Part shown: one piece after another, positions 38,718 to 48,028 of the stretch
Numbering within the stretch: position 1 is the stretch's first letter
Layout of the letters: each line of letters begins with the position of its first letter
DNA from: Planctomycetota bacterium
Lineage (GTDB): Bacteria > Planctomycetota > B15-G4 > JADJEK01
Assembly (NCBI GenBank): GCA_044225365.1
Contig: JBGAIQ010000006.1
Location: 113,236 to 177,235, forward strand
Direction of reading: 5' to 3'
Length of the DNA stretch: 64,000 nucleotides
The notes under the pieces: model-generated
The model's input: only the letters and a program-made list of their open reading frames with translations
What the model was told of the DNA's origin: nothing
Databases searched by the model: none
Position numbers and translations under genes: made by a program

Positions 38718-40205
38718 ATGTTCGAACGCTTCACCGATCGCACGCGCCGCGTGCTCGTCCTCGCGCGCCAGCACGCCCATCGCATGCAACACGCGGCACT
38801 CGAGGCGCATCACCTCCTGCTCGGAATGCTGGAAGAGGCGAAGGCGACCGACGGCAGCGCGGAGCGACTCCTCGGCATCGACATCGAGAGCGCCAAGGCG
38901 ATGGTCGATCGGATCGCGCCGCTCGGCAACCGTCCACCCGACGCTCACGACGCGCTGCCCTTCGGTCCGTCCGCGCGTGCACTCCTCGTGCGCGCCACCG
39001 CCGAGGCCGATGCATCGCGTTCGGAGGGCGTCGATCTCGAACACCTCGTCCTCGCGCTCGCGCTGGATGAGAGCCACCCGGCGGCCAAGCTCGTCGAACA
39101 GAACGGACGATCGCTCGAACAGGTTCGTCGCGACGTGCGGGACATCCTCGCCCCGCGCGCGCACGAGCTCGAGTCGGTCGTCGAGGAGACGCATCGCACG
39201 CCTGCCCTGGATGCGTTCTGCCACAATCTCGTCGATCGCGCTCACCAAGGCCAGCTCGACCCGTTCGTCGGCCGAGGCGCCGAACTGGAACGTCTCTACG
39301 AGATCCTCTTGTGCCGCCGCGACGCCAACGCGCTGCTCGTCGGATCGAGTGGTTCCGGCAAGACCGCGCTCGCCCGCGGTCTCGCGATCGCCATCGCCGA
39401 AGGCACGGCTCCCACACCGCTGCTGTCGGCCAAGCTCTTCGCCGTCAACTCGCTTGCTCTTCTCGCCGGCACGCGGTATCGCGGGCAGCTCGAAGAACGC
39501 GTGAAGGCGCTGCTCTACGAAGCACGCAAGCTCTCGCAGGTCATCCTCTTCATCGACGACGCACAAGCGTTGCTCGGCGAAGAGGGCGCATCGACCGCTT
39601 GGCTCACCCACGACGTCCCCGGCGCCGGCTTCCTCTCGATGTTGAAGCACGCCTTCGACGCCGCCGAGACGAGGTTCATCCTCGCGCTCGACAGTGCGGC
39701 GCTCGCGCGCTTCCGCATCGCGCAGCCTTCGGCGCAGCGCCACCTCCAGGAGATCGACGTCGCACCGGCGAGCAAGAGCGAGACCGGTGACATCCTTCGC
39801 GCACTGAAGCCCCAGTTCGAGCTCTATCACGACGTCCGCATCGACGACGCCGCTCTCGCGACCGCGGTGCTGCAACGCCCGCGCCTGCAATCGCCGGGAG
39901 ACCCCAAGGACCGTGCGCTGCCGGGTCGAGCCGTCGATCTCATCGATCGGGCGTGCTCGGAGATCGCGCTCGCCTCGACCGAGCCGACCGAGGACCTGAA
40001 GCAGATCGAATCCGAGATCGCGCGACTCCAGCACGAGGAAGCGGAGAACGTGAAGGCGCGCGAATACATCGCGGCCGCCGCTGGCCGCGAAGCCCTCGAC
40101 ACCCTCGAGAAGCGCCGGGAGCGAATCCTGTCGGAGCGTCGCGGTCAACGCGCCGTCGACGCCGCCGCGATCGAGCGCGCGGCGGCCAGTCTCGCCGGCG
40201 TCTGA
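38718..40205 (+). CDS. ClpC-like protein 4: Clp N-domain + D1 + M-domain
   Basis: MFERFTDRTRRVL, LDPFVGR..EL, GSSGSGKT, AGTRYRGQLEER, ILFIDD, RALPGRAVDLIDRA; 495 aa. Confidence 0.88.
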   Translation: MFERFTDRTRRVLVLARQHAHRMQHAALEAHHLLLGMLEEAKATDGSAERLLGIDIESAKAMVDRIAPLGNRPPDAHDALPFGPSARALLVRATAEADASRSEGVDLEHLVLALALDESHPAAKLVEQNGRSLEQVRRDVRDILAPRAHELESVVEETHRTPALDAFCHNLVDRAHQGQLDPFVGRGAELERLYEILLCRRDANALLVGSSGSGKTALARGLAIAIAEGTAPTPLLSAKLFAVNSLALLAGTRYRGQLEERVKALLYEARKLSQVILFIDDAQALLGEEGASTAWLTHDVPGAGFLSMLKHAFDAAETRFILALDSAALARFRIAQPSAQRHLQEIDVAPASKSETGDILRALKPQFELYHDVRIDDAALATAVLQRPRLQSPGDPKDRALPGRAVDLIDRACSEIALASTEPTEDLKQIESEIARLQHEEAENVKAREYIAAAAGREALDTLEKRRERILSERRGQRAVDAAAIERAAASLAGV

Positions 40206-40213
40206 ACGAACGC

Positions 40214-41596
40214 TCAGCCGTCGAGCGGCAGGAGCCGCACGTTCTTGAAGTGGATCTCCGCTCCTTCGGACTGCAGGCAGATGTGGCCCTTCACGCGGTC
40301 GGCTTCCGAGCCTTCGTTGAGAATCGTGCCGTTCACGGAGAGAACGACCGTTCCGTGATCGACCGTGATGCGGTAGTGGTTCCACTCGCCGATCGGCTTC
40401 TCGAAATGCTCGCCCGCATGCGTGCGCTTGGTGTTGCGGCCGTTCTTGCGATCCGCCGCGGTCTTCACCGGGAATTCCTCGATCTGCCAGAAGTCACCCG
40501 CGCTGTCGGACTCGAGCTGGGCTTCGAGGGACTTCGGCCACACCATGTCCTTGCCCGTCATACGCACGAGGACGCCGCTGTTGCGGCCGCCCTTGTCGCT
40601 CGGCTCCCACTGCCAGTCGACTTCGAGGATGTAGTCCTGGTAGTCGGCCTCGGTGCGGATGTAGCCGGCCGGGTTGCCCTTGCACACGATCATTCCGTCG
40701 CGCACCGACCACACCTGATCCATCTTCACGTTTGGATCGGTGAGGCAATAGGTCCAACCCTTCAGATCCTTGCCATCGAAGAGATCGATCCACGTGTCCT
40801 TCACGTCGCCCGTCGCGGCCCATTCACAGCCGCGAACCAGGAGCCGCTGGAACTGCCAGTCCTCGTGGGACGTGTGCGTCTCCGGCTTGTCGCGCCATAC
40901 GTGGCCGAGGGGCGTGTGGAAGACACGCGCCTTGCCGTACTGACCCACCATGATCATCGGTTCGTTCTGACCCGTGCCGCCTTCCTTGGGATCGGAGAAC
41001 GCGGTCGCGAGGACGGTGTAGGGCACGTTCTGCGCGTTCACGAGTTTGTGATACAGCTCGTCGGGATGCTGGCGCACTTCGCCGAGGCCGCGGGTGATCG
41101 GATGCGTGTAGTCGCCGATCGTGAGATCGAAGGGATGGTAGGTGCCATGGCCCGTCCCAGCGCGCCACAGGTGCCCGACGATCTTCTCGTACTCCGTGAA
41201 TCCCGGGAACGCGTTGTTCGCTGCATGGATCACGGCGACGTTGACTCCACCGGCGACCGCCGCGACGAAGCCCTTGTTCGCCGCATCGCTCCACGGCTTG
41301 CCGTTGTAGTCGAGCAGGATGAGCTTGTACTTCGAGAGCGCCGCCGCATCGGCCAGCGTTTCGCTCGGCGTCGTCGTGATCGTGACCTCGAACTTTCCGC
41401 TTCCCTCGAGCACGCGCTTCATGCTGCGGCTCGTGAAATCGAAGTCGTGGTTGTTCTCTCCGGTCACGATGAGCGTCGGGATCTTCTCGGCGTTGGCGCG
41501 AGGGGCGATTGGCGGAACGTCGGCGGCGGACGCTCGATTCATCGTGAAGAGCGAAAGGGTGGCGGTCACGAGGGCGAGGATGGCGCGAACATTCAT
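40214..41596 (-). CDS. secreted ThuA-like + DUF1080 (family 16 glycoside hydrolase-like) protein
   Basis: Signal peptide; TGENNH, DELYH, YGKARVFHTPLGH; DLFDGKDLKGW, NSGV, KPIGEWNHYRI, GHICLQSEG. Confidence 0.88.
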   Translation of the reverse strand: MNVRAILALVTATLSLFTMNRASAADVPPIAPRANAEKIPTLIVTGENNHDFDFTSRSMKRVLEGSGKFEVTITTTPSETLADAAALSKYKLILLDYNGKPWSDAANKGFVAAVAGGVNVAVIHAANNAFPGFTEYEKIVGHLWRAGTGHGTYHPFDLTIGDYTHPITRGLGEVRQHPDELYHKLVNAQNVPYTVLATAFSDPKEGGTGQNEPMIMVGQYGKARVFHTPLGHVWRDKPETHTSHEDWQFQRLLVRGCEWAATGDVKDTWIDLFDGKDLKGWTYCLTDPNVKMDQVWSVRDGMIVCKGNPAGYIRTEADYQDYILEVDWQWEPSDKGGRNSGVLVRMTGKDMVWPKSLEAQLESDSAGDFWQIEEFPVKTAADRKNGRNTKRTHAGEHFEKPIGEWNHYRITVDHGTVVLSVNGTILNEGSEADRVKGHICLQSEGAEIHFKNVRLLPLDG

Positions 41597-41721
41597 GACG
41601 AAGGGGGCTCCTGGCCGAACACTGGGATCGGCCGGGATGGTACTCTTATCCCTGTCCGCGAGAAACCCGGAGTCGGTTCGCGACCGCACGGGATCTTCTG
41701 TGGAGAAGGAGCGAACCAATC

Positions 41722-42645
41722 ATGTTCGATTCAACGGGTACGCGCCGAAACGTCCGTGTTTCGCGATGGATCGCCGTCGCGTCGCTCGCGGCATCCCTGT
41801 TCGGGGTCGCCGGGATCGCCAGCGCTCAGGTCGGCAAGCCGATCCCCCACCCGCCGAAGCTGCCCCCGAATCCGCTGAAGCAGAACCCGTACAAGAAGAG
41901 TTGGCTGAATCGCGACAAGAACGCGCCGTCCAACACCAAGTCGGCGGACGACAAAACGCCGGTCGCGGCGGTCGGCAACTTCGATCTCGGCCAACGCATT
42001 CGCTGCGATCTGCCGAACAAGGGCTCGCGCGGAACCGCGCGCTTCAAAGCGATCAAGGGAACGAAGGTCAGCTTCTCCGCGGCGACCACCGGCAAGGTCG
42101 GCAAATCGACCGTCAGCCTGACGAAGGAGGACGGGTCGATCGTCGCTCCCTTCAAGCAGGATGGCCGACGCTTCGAGATCGTCGACGTCGAGATCCCCGA
42201 GAGCGGCGCGTATCACGTGAAGTTCCTGCATGACGGCGACGGAGCCGTGCAGTTCGTGATGGGGACCCGCGCCGAGATCCCCGAGACGTTCGAATCCACC
42301 CTCGGGATCGCCACCGACGGCGCGCGAAAGGTCGAGATCCCCGGTGGCGAGGGTCGCTCGATCCGGAGCATCGAGATCGTTCCCGTCGCTCCTGGCGAGA
42401 CGATCGATGCCCGCGTCACGATCACCGACGACCACCACGAGAAGATCGCTTCGCTCGAGGGTTTCGGACTGAAGCCGTTGAAGCCCGATCTCGAGATCGC
42501 GAGGGCGATCTCGATCGATCAGTACATCTCGTATCAGTGCGACGTCTGGCTGGTGCGCGGAACCTCACCGCAATCCGCGATCGTGCGGGTTCACTTCGTG
42601 AATCCGCCGAGCGCGACGGGTACGGTCGATCTGCGCGTGCCGTGA
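41722..42645 (+). CDS. hypothetical secreted protein
   Basis: Signal peptide ending ASA-Q, Pro-rich linker, beta-rich domains. Confidence 0.7.
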   Translation: MFDSTGTRRNVRVSRWIAVASLAASLFGVAGIASAQVGKPIPHPPKLPPNPLKQNPYKKSWLNRDKNAPSNTKSADDKTPVAAVGNFDLGQRIRCDLPNKGSRGTARFKAIKGTKVSFSAATTGKVGKSTVSLTKEDGSIVAPFKQDGRRFEIVDVEIPESGAYHVKFLHDGDGAVQFVMGTRAEIPETFESTLGIATDGARKVEIPGGEGRSIRSIEIVPVAPGETIDARVTITDDHHEKIASLEGFGLKPLKPDLEIARAISIDQYISYQCDVWLVRGTSPQSAIVRVHFVNPPSATGTVDLRVP

Positions 42646-42670
42646 CGACGCCGCGTTCGTCGCATCGTCG

Positions 42671-43504
42671 ATGAGATGCGTCGTCACCGGCGGCAACGCC
42701 GGAATCGGGCGCGCCACCGTCGCGGGACTCCTGCTCGCGCAGGCCGAAGTGACGATGATCTGTCGGGACCGCGCACGCGGCGAATCCGCGCAGCGCGAAC
42801 TCGAGCGCGAAACCGGAAGACGCCCCGATCTTCATCTCGCCGATCTCGCCCATCTGCGCGACGTGGAAAGCGCCGGCAAGGACATCGCCGACCGATACGG
42901 AGCGGTCGATGTCCTGATCAACAACGCTGCGATCCTGCCGAAGCGCCGTGAAACGAGCCGCGATGGTTTCGAACTGCAATTCGCCGTCAATCATCTCGCG
43001 TACGTCGCACTCACGAACGCGCTCCTCCCCGCGCTCGAGAAGAGCGGCGCGGGACGCGTCGTGATCGTCGCCTCGAACGCGCATCGGCGCGCCACGCTCG
43101 ATCTCGACGACCTGCAGGCGAAACGTCGCTACCGCGCTGGACGGCAGTATTGCGCGACGAAGCTGATGAACGTGCTGTTCTCGAATGCCCTCGCCAGACG
43201 GGTTCGGAACGTCACGGTGAACAGCCTGCACCCCGGCGTGATCGGAACGGGACTCCTCTTGAACTACCTGCCGCTCGGTTTCCTCCTTCGCCCGGTCATC
43301 GGACTGCTTGCCGACGAACCGAAGAACGGCGCGAAGACCTCGCTCCACCTTGCGCTGTCGCAAGACGTCGCGAGCACCACGGGGAAGTACTTCCAGGATT
43401 GCGTCGAGACCACGCCATCGAGCGCGGCGCTGGATGCGGAACTGCAATCGAAGCTCTACGATCGGACGCTTTCGATCCTCGAGGCGGCTCGCACCTCGAA
43501 GTAA
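42671..43504 (+). CDS. SDR-family oxidoreductase
   Basis: TGGNAGIG, NNAA, FAVNHL, catalytic YCATK, LHPGVI. Confidence 0.92.
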   Translation: MRCVVTGGNAGIGRATVAGLLLAQAEVTMICRDRARGESAQRELERETGRRPDLHLADLAHLRDVESAGKDIADRYGAVDVLINNAAILPKRRETSRDGFELQFAVNHLAYVALTNALLPALEKSGAGRVVIVASNAHRRATLDLDDLQAKRRYRAGRQYCATKLMNVLFSNALARRVRNVTVNSLHPGVIGTGLLLNYLPLGFLLRPVIGLLADEPKNGAKTSLHLALSQDVASTTGKYFQDCVETTPSSAALDAELQSKLYDRTLSILEAARTSK

Positions 43505-43525
43505 CCGTGAAGCCCAAGGTCTTCC

Positions 43526-44830
43526 ATGGCGATGGTTCCAAAGTCCCAGCTCGCAGCGCACGATGCGGCCCGCCGCCGATTCCTCGCGACCACGGCGGCT
43601 GCGTGCGCTCTGCCGCTCGTCGGCAGTGAGCTCGCCGATGCGCGCGCCGCCGCCGAGGAACAGTTCCCCGAACTCGTCGACGAGCGAGGAGCGCTCGAAG
43701 GCATCCGTCCCGAAGAACGCGCGGCGCGGCGGAAGCGACTCGGCGAGATCCTCGCGAAGAACCAACTCGACGCCTACCTGTGCGAGGACGGTCCCACTCT
43801 CCATTATCTCGCGGGAATCAACTGGGGCCTCTCGGAACGGATCTTCGCGCTCGTCGTCCTCGCCGACGGATCGCACTTCTTCCTCTCGCCCGCCTTCGAG
43901 GCGGAGAAGGCACGCCTGCGCATCGAGGGCAAGGATGGCCCCGGCGGCGAGATCGTCGCCTGGAACGAAGACGAGTACGCCTGGAAGCCGCTCGCGGCCG
44001 CGCTCAAGAAGCGCGGCGCCGAGCGGGTCGCGGTCGATCCCTACCTCCGATTCTTCGCCGCCAACAACCTTGCACGCGAGATCGGCGCGGCCAATGTCGT
44101 CTCGGGACAAAACGTTCGCACCGAGCTTCGCGGAGTGAAGGACCGTCGCGAGATCGAGCTGTTGCGACGCGCCTGCGAACTCACGCAGAAGGCACTCGGC
44201 GCCACCGCGAAGCGCGTGAAGATCGGGATGACGGGCGCGGAGATATCGCTCCTCATCGATACGGCCCTCAAGAAGACCGGACTCACGAGCACGTGGAACC
44301 TGTCGCTCGTCGGTCCCGCGGCGGCCTACCCGCATGGCGGCTCGTCGTCCGCAAGATTGGAGAAGGGCCAATTCCTGCTCATCGATTGTGGTGGCGAGTA
44401 TCACGAGTACCAGAGCGACAACACGCGGACGTGGTGCGTCGAAGGTCCGCCCGATCCTGAAGCGTTGAAAGCCTGGCACGCCGTCTATGACGCGCAGCGT
44501 CGCGCCTTCGATGTGGCGGCGGCGGGGAAGGTCTGCGGCGACATCGATCGCGCCGCTCGCGAGGCGATCGAACGCGCTGGATTCCAGAGCGACTACAAGA
44601 ACTTCACGCATCGCCTCGGCCACGGCATCGGAATGGAAGGTCATGAAGACCCGTATTTCGACAAGGGCAGCAAGGTCGTGCTCGAGCCGGGCATGACGCT
44701 CTCGAACGAGCCCGGCCTCTACTTCCTTGGACGATTCGGCATCCGCCTCGAGGACATCCTGCTCGTCACGAAGAACGGCAGTGAGTGCTTCGGCGCGCCG
44801 CAAAACGTTCCGGATCGTCCGGTCGGCTGA
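43526..44830 (+). CDS. Tat-exported Xaa-Pro (M24) peptidase
   Basis: ARRRFL Tat motif; YPHG, IDCG..YQSDNTRT, HRLGHGIGMEGHE, SNEPG, GIRLED. Confidence 0.92.
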   Translation: MAMVPKSQLAAHDAARRRFLATTAAACALPLVGSELADARAAAEEQFPELVDERGALEGIRPEERAARRKRLGEILAKNQLDAYLCEDGPTLHYLAGINWGLSERIFALVVLADGSHFFLSPAFEAEKARLRIEGKDGPGGEIVAWNEDEYAWKPLAAALKKRGAERVAVDPYLRFFAANNLAREIGAANVVSGQNVRTELRGVKDRREIELLRRACELTQKALGATAKRVKIGMTGAEISLLIDTALKKTGLTSTWNLSLVGPAAAYPHGGSSSARLEKGQFLLIDCGGEYHEYQSDNTRTWCVEGPPDPEALKAWHAVYDAQRRAFDVAAAGKVCGDIDRAAREAIERAGFQSDYKNFTHRLGHGIGMEGHEDPYFDKGSKVVLEPGMTLSNEPGLYFLGRFGIRLEDILLVTKNGSECFGAPQNVPDRPVG

Positions 44831-44843
44831 AACGAACCGACCC

Positions 44844-45386
44844 ATGGGAATCCTCGACCTCTTCCGTCGCGACAAGTCGGGCCTGCTCATTCGCTGCGCG
44901 ATGTGCAAGGTGCACACGACGTATCCGCTCACGCAGAGAAACGAGTTCGTCGTCCATTCGTGCGATGCCGACATCCTCGTTCGAGAACGCGACGAGTCTG
45001 CGGACGAAGCCGCGCTCGACCACTTCGTCAAGGCCTACGAGAAGGGTCCGCCGGAGAGCGACGATCTCGTCGCCCTGCGGGATCGACTGCTCTACGAAAC
45101 GGGCGAAGGCGCGATCCCCGGGCTCGAGGATCTGCTCTATCGCATCAAGTACGAGCTCGGCGAGCCCTGGCCCTTCTCCGAGATCTCACGCCGCGTCGCG
45201 GACGTGAAGGCGATCCCGCTCCGCATCGACTGGGGCAACGAACTCGAGATGGTGCTGCATCGCATGAAGAAGTTCGCGATCACACAGCGGCAGTTCACCA
45301 GCGTGGCTCCAAGTGCGCGCCCGATCCTCGCCGACAAACTCGCTCGATTGAAGAAGGAGCCCTTGGTCCCGCTCGAAGAGGATTGA
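44844..45386 (+). CDS. hypothetical protein with CxxC motif
   Basis: MGILDLF start, CAMC and HSC; normal codon usage; in series with its neighbours. Confidence 0.65.
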   Translation: MGILDLFRRDKSGLLIRCAMCKVHTTYPLTQRNEFVVHSCDADILVRERDESADEAALDHFVKAYEKGPPESDDLVALRDRLLYETGEGAIPGLEDLLYRIKYELGEPWPFSEISRRVADVKAIPLRIDWGNELEMVLHRMKKFAITQRQFTSVAPSARPILADKLARLKKEPLVPLEED

Positions 45387-45503
45387 AACGAACTTCACTT
45401 TGAACTCGAAGAGGGTCCAAGTAGAACGTTCCGTTCCACGGAAACGACTCGTTCGTGAATTCCGAAGACGCGCGAGGCGCGGGAATTCGCACCCCCACCC
45501 CAC

Positions 45504-46454
45504 ATGATGCTTCGCCGCAAATTCCTCGTCGCTGGTCTCATCGTCGCCGGTCTCGGTTACGGCGCGTTCAAGGTCCATCAGAAGTACGTACCGGATCCGG
45601 CCGCGAGCCATGCGATCCCGGCGTTCACGATTCCGCCGAAGAAGCCGGGCGAGACCTACATACGCTTCTTCGCCTTCGGCGATTCGGGTACGGGCGGCAA
45701 GGGGCAGAAGAAGGTGGCGGAGGCGATGCAGGCCAATGTCGCCGAGGGCCTCGACTTCATCATCCTGCTCGGGGACAACTTCTATCCCGACGGCGTGAAG
45801 ACCGCCGACGATCCGCTCTGGAGGCCCTATATCGCCGAGCCCTACGAGGTCTTCGGCAGGCCGATCTATCCGAGCCTCGGCAATCACGATCACAACGGGA
45901 ATTGGCAGGCGCAGGTCGACCACAGCAAGCTCGACTCGCTGTGGCGAATGCCCGCCGCGTATTACACGATGACGCAGGCGCTCGGCGATGGCCAGGAAGC
46001 GCTCTTCGTCGCGATCGACTCCGACTCGATCGGCAACAAGGCGGCGGGCGGCGACACGCAGAGGGCGTGGCTCGAACAGGTACTGAAGGCTTCGACGGCG
46101 CGCTGGAAGATCGTCTACGGCCACCATCCGCTGTATTCGACCGGTGAGCATGGCGATCGCGATTCGATCCGCGGCCGGCTCGAGAAGATCTTCGTCGACA
46201 ACGAGGTCGACCTCTACTTCTGCGGCCACGATCACTCGCTTCAGTTCATCGGAGACCGCTCGGGAGTTCGCTACGTGGTCTCCGGCGGCGGCGGTGGAGA
46301 GGACAACGCGACGAACGTCGACTGGCGCGACGACATCCAGTACGCCGCGACGCGCGGCGGCTTCGTCGCGGCGCGCTTGTCGAAGGACGAGTGCGTGCTC
46401 GAGTACATCCGTCCCGATGGGAAGGTCCAGTACGCGACGTCGTGGACCAAGTGA
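45504..46454 (+). CDS. calcineurin-like metallophosphoesterase (purple acid phosphatase type)
   Basis: FGDSG, LGDNFY, GNHD, GHHP, GHDH. Confidence 0.93.
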   Translation: MMLRRKFLVAGLIVAGLGYGAFKVHQKYVPDPAASHAIPAFTIPPKKPGETYIRFFAFGDSGTGGKGQKKVAEAMQANVAEGLDFIILLGDNFYPDGVKTADDPLWRPYIAEPYEVFGRPIYPSLGNHDHNGNWQAQVDHSKLDSLWRMPAAYYTMTQALGDGQEALFVAIDSDSIGNKAAGGDTQRAWLEQVLKASTARWKIVYGHHPLYSTGEHGDRDSIRGRLEKIFVDNEVDLYFCGHDHSLQFIGDRSGVRYVVSGGGGGEDNATNVDWRDDIQYAATRGGFVAARLSKDECVLEYIRPDGKVQYATSWTK

Positions 46455-46470
46455 GACTCGGGGAATTGGC

Positions 46471-48024
46471 TCAGCGGCCGGAATCGACCTCGTCGCGATC
46501 GATTCGCTGATAGGACGTGCGAACGCCCGGCCCGATCTCGGTGTCGTAGCTCTTCAGATCCGCAAGGTCGACGCGCGCGCGAAACCAGCCGGGAGGTGCG
46601 GCGACGGGGACATCGATGAAGCCCTCGGCATCGATCGTCACGCGGAGTTGAATGTCCGCGAGGAGATCGCCGTCGTGCGAGCTGAGGCGCAGTCGCACCG
46701 GCACCGCACTCGGGACCTTCCATTCCCAGCCGTCGTGCAGCCTGGCCTGCAGATGCGTCTCGGCGAGATCCTCGATTCGGCCACTCGCCTTCGCGATCTT
46801 GCCGGTTTCGAACACGACCGGGACGACCGCCGACGCCGCGAACAGTAGCCACCGTCCCGGGGGAGCGTTCTTCACGCGCACGGTCGTCGATCCACCCTCG
46901 GTCTGGATCTCGAACACCGCAGGCAGACCGACGCCCGATGGCGTGCGGAGATCGAGGTCGTTGTTCGACAGCGCGCTTGGCTGCTGCCGCACGTCGACGA
47001 ACGTCACTTCTGCCGAGCACGGTTCCTCGCGGCGGATCTCGAGCTGCGTGCGATCGCCGCCCGTCACGTCGATCTCTTGCATTGCGAACGAATCCGCCTG
47101 CGAGGCGATCAAGGCGTAACGTCCCGCCGGGATTCCGACGAGGCGCATCGGGAAGATCGGATGCTCGAGCACGAATCTCGAGGCTCCGGGTGCAGCGCCG
47201 ATCCGTTCGATCCGAAGGCGATCGAATCGAGCATCGTCGTTCGAGCCGAGTTCGAGCGCGCCGAGCGATGCTGCGAGCGCCGACGTATCCACGCCGTACT
47301 CGACGAGTCCATCGCCTTCCTTCCACGGTACGGCCTCGATCTCCCTCCCGCGAAACTCGAGGGCGAGTCGGCCGACGAATCCCGCGACCACGTCGACCTG
47401 GAATCTCCCGCTCTCGATATCGACTTTCGCCTCGGGCTCGCCGCCCGGCGGGATCCCTCGATGGTCGTACCGCGCGACGAGTCGCGACGCCCCCGTGAAC
47501 GGGAAGTACTCCGTGACACCGTCGTCGCCCTTCGAGCCCACGGTCTCGTCGTGACCGGCCTGTGAGGGGAACAGTTGCGCGAGGTCACCGGGCGCGAGCG
47601 CGCGGCTCTCCGAATCGAGGAGGATGCCTTTGATCGTGGAGTACGTCGTGGCGGCGAGCGCGACATCGAGGGGGATCGAGCCCGTGCCGCTCGCGACGTC
47701 GAACTCGGTTGCGGCGTCGGCGCAGCCTTCGCGCTGCGCGACGAGGCGGTGCCTTCCCACGTCGTACGTATTCAGCGCATAGCGCCCGTCGAAGCCGCTC
47801 TTGCCGTTCGCGATCGACTGGAACTTCCCGTCTTCCTTCGCGACATAGAGCACGACGGTCGTCTTGTCGGCATAGACCCCGTCGGGCGCGAGGATCCGTC
47901 CGCGCACCGTGTGCAGCGATGGCGCGGCGAGTCCCCGCTCCTGCGACTGCGTCTCGCACGCCGTTGACGCCGCGAGGAACCCGCAGACGAATCCGAATGC
48001 TGCGCGAGACAGGAGACCGTTCAC
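46471..48024 (-). CDS. secreted protein with carboxypeptidase-regulatory-like (beta-sandwich) domains
   Basis: Signal or lipoprotein-like N-terminus; TVRGRIL..DG, DGRYAL, IKGILLD, PAGRY. Confidence 0.65.
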   Translation of the reverse strand: MNGLLSRAAFGFVCGFLAASTACETQSQERGLAAPSLHTVRGRILAPDGVYADKTTVVLYVAKEDGKFQSIANGKSGFDGRYALNTYDVGRHRLVAQREGCADAATEFDVASGTGSIPLDVALAATTYSTIKGILLDSESRALAPGDLAQLFPSQAGHDETVGSKGDDGVTEYFPFTGASRLVARYDHRGIPPGGEPEAKVDIESGRFQVDVVAGFVGRLALEFRGREIEAVPWKEGDGLVEYGVDTSALAASLGALELGSNDDARFDRLRIERIGAAPGASRFVLEHPIFPMRLVGIPAGRYALIASQADSFAMQEIDVTGGDRTQLEIRREEPCSAEVTFVDVRQQPSALSNNDLDLRTPSGVGLPAVFEIQTEGGSTTVRVKNAPPGRWLLFAASAVVPVVFETGKIAKASGRIEDLAETHLQARLHDGWEWKVPSAVPVRLRLSSHDGDLLADIQLRVTIDAEGFIDVPVAAPPGWFRARVDLADLKSYDTEIGPGVRTSYQRIDRDEVDSGR

Positions 48025-48028
48025 GACC

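Noticed and set aside
34070-40205. Interpretation as one frameshifted clpC/clpB pseudogene or as T6SS ClpV
   Set aside because: Each ORF restarts with its own N-domain and D1, no D2 sequence is evident in the translated frames, and no T6SS genes are in the window.
42422-45031. 869-aa minus-strand ORF
   Set aside because: Antisense to the SDR and M24 peptidase genes.
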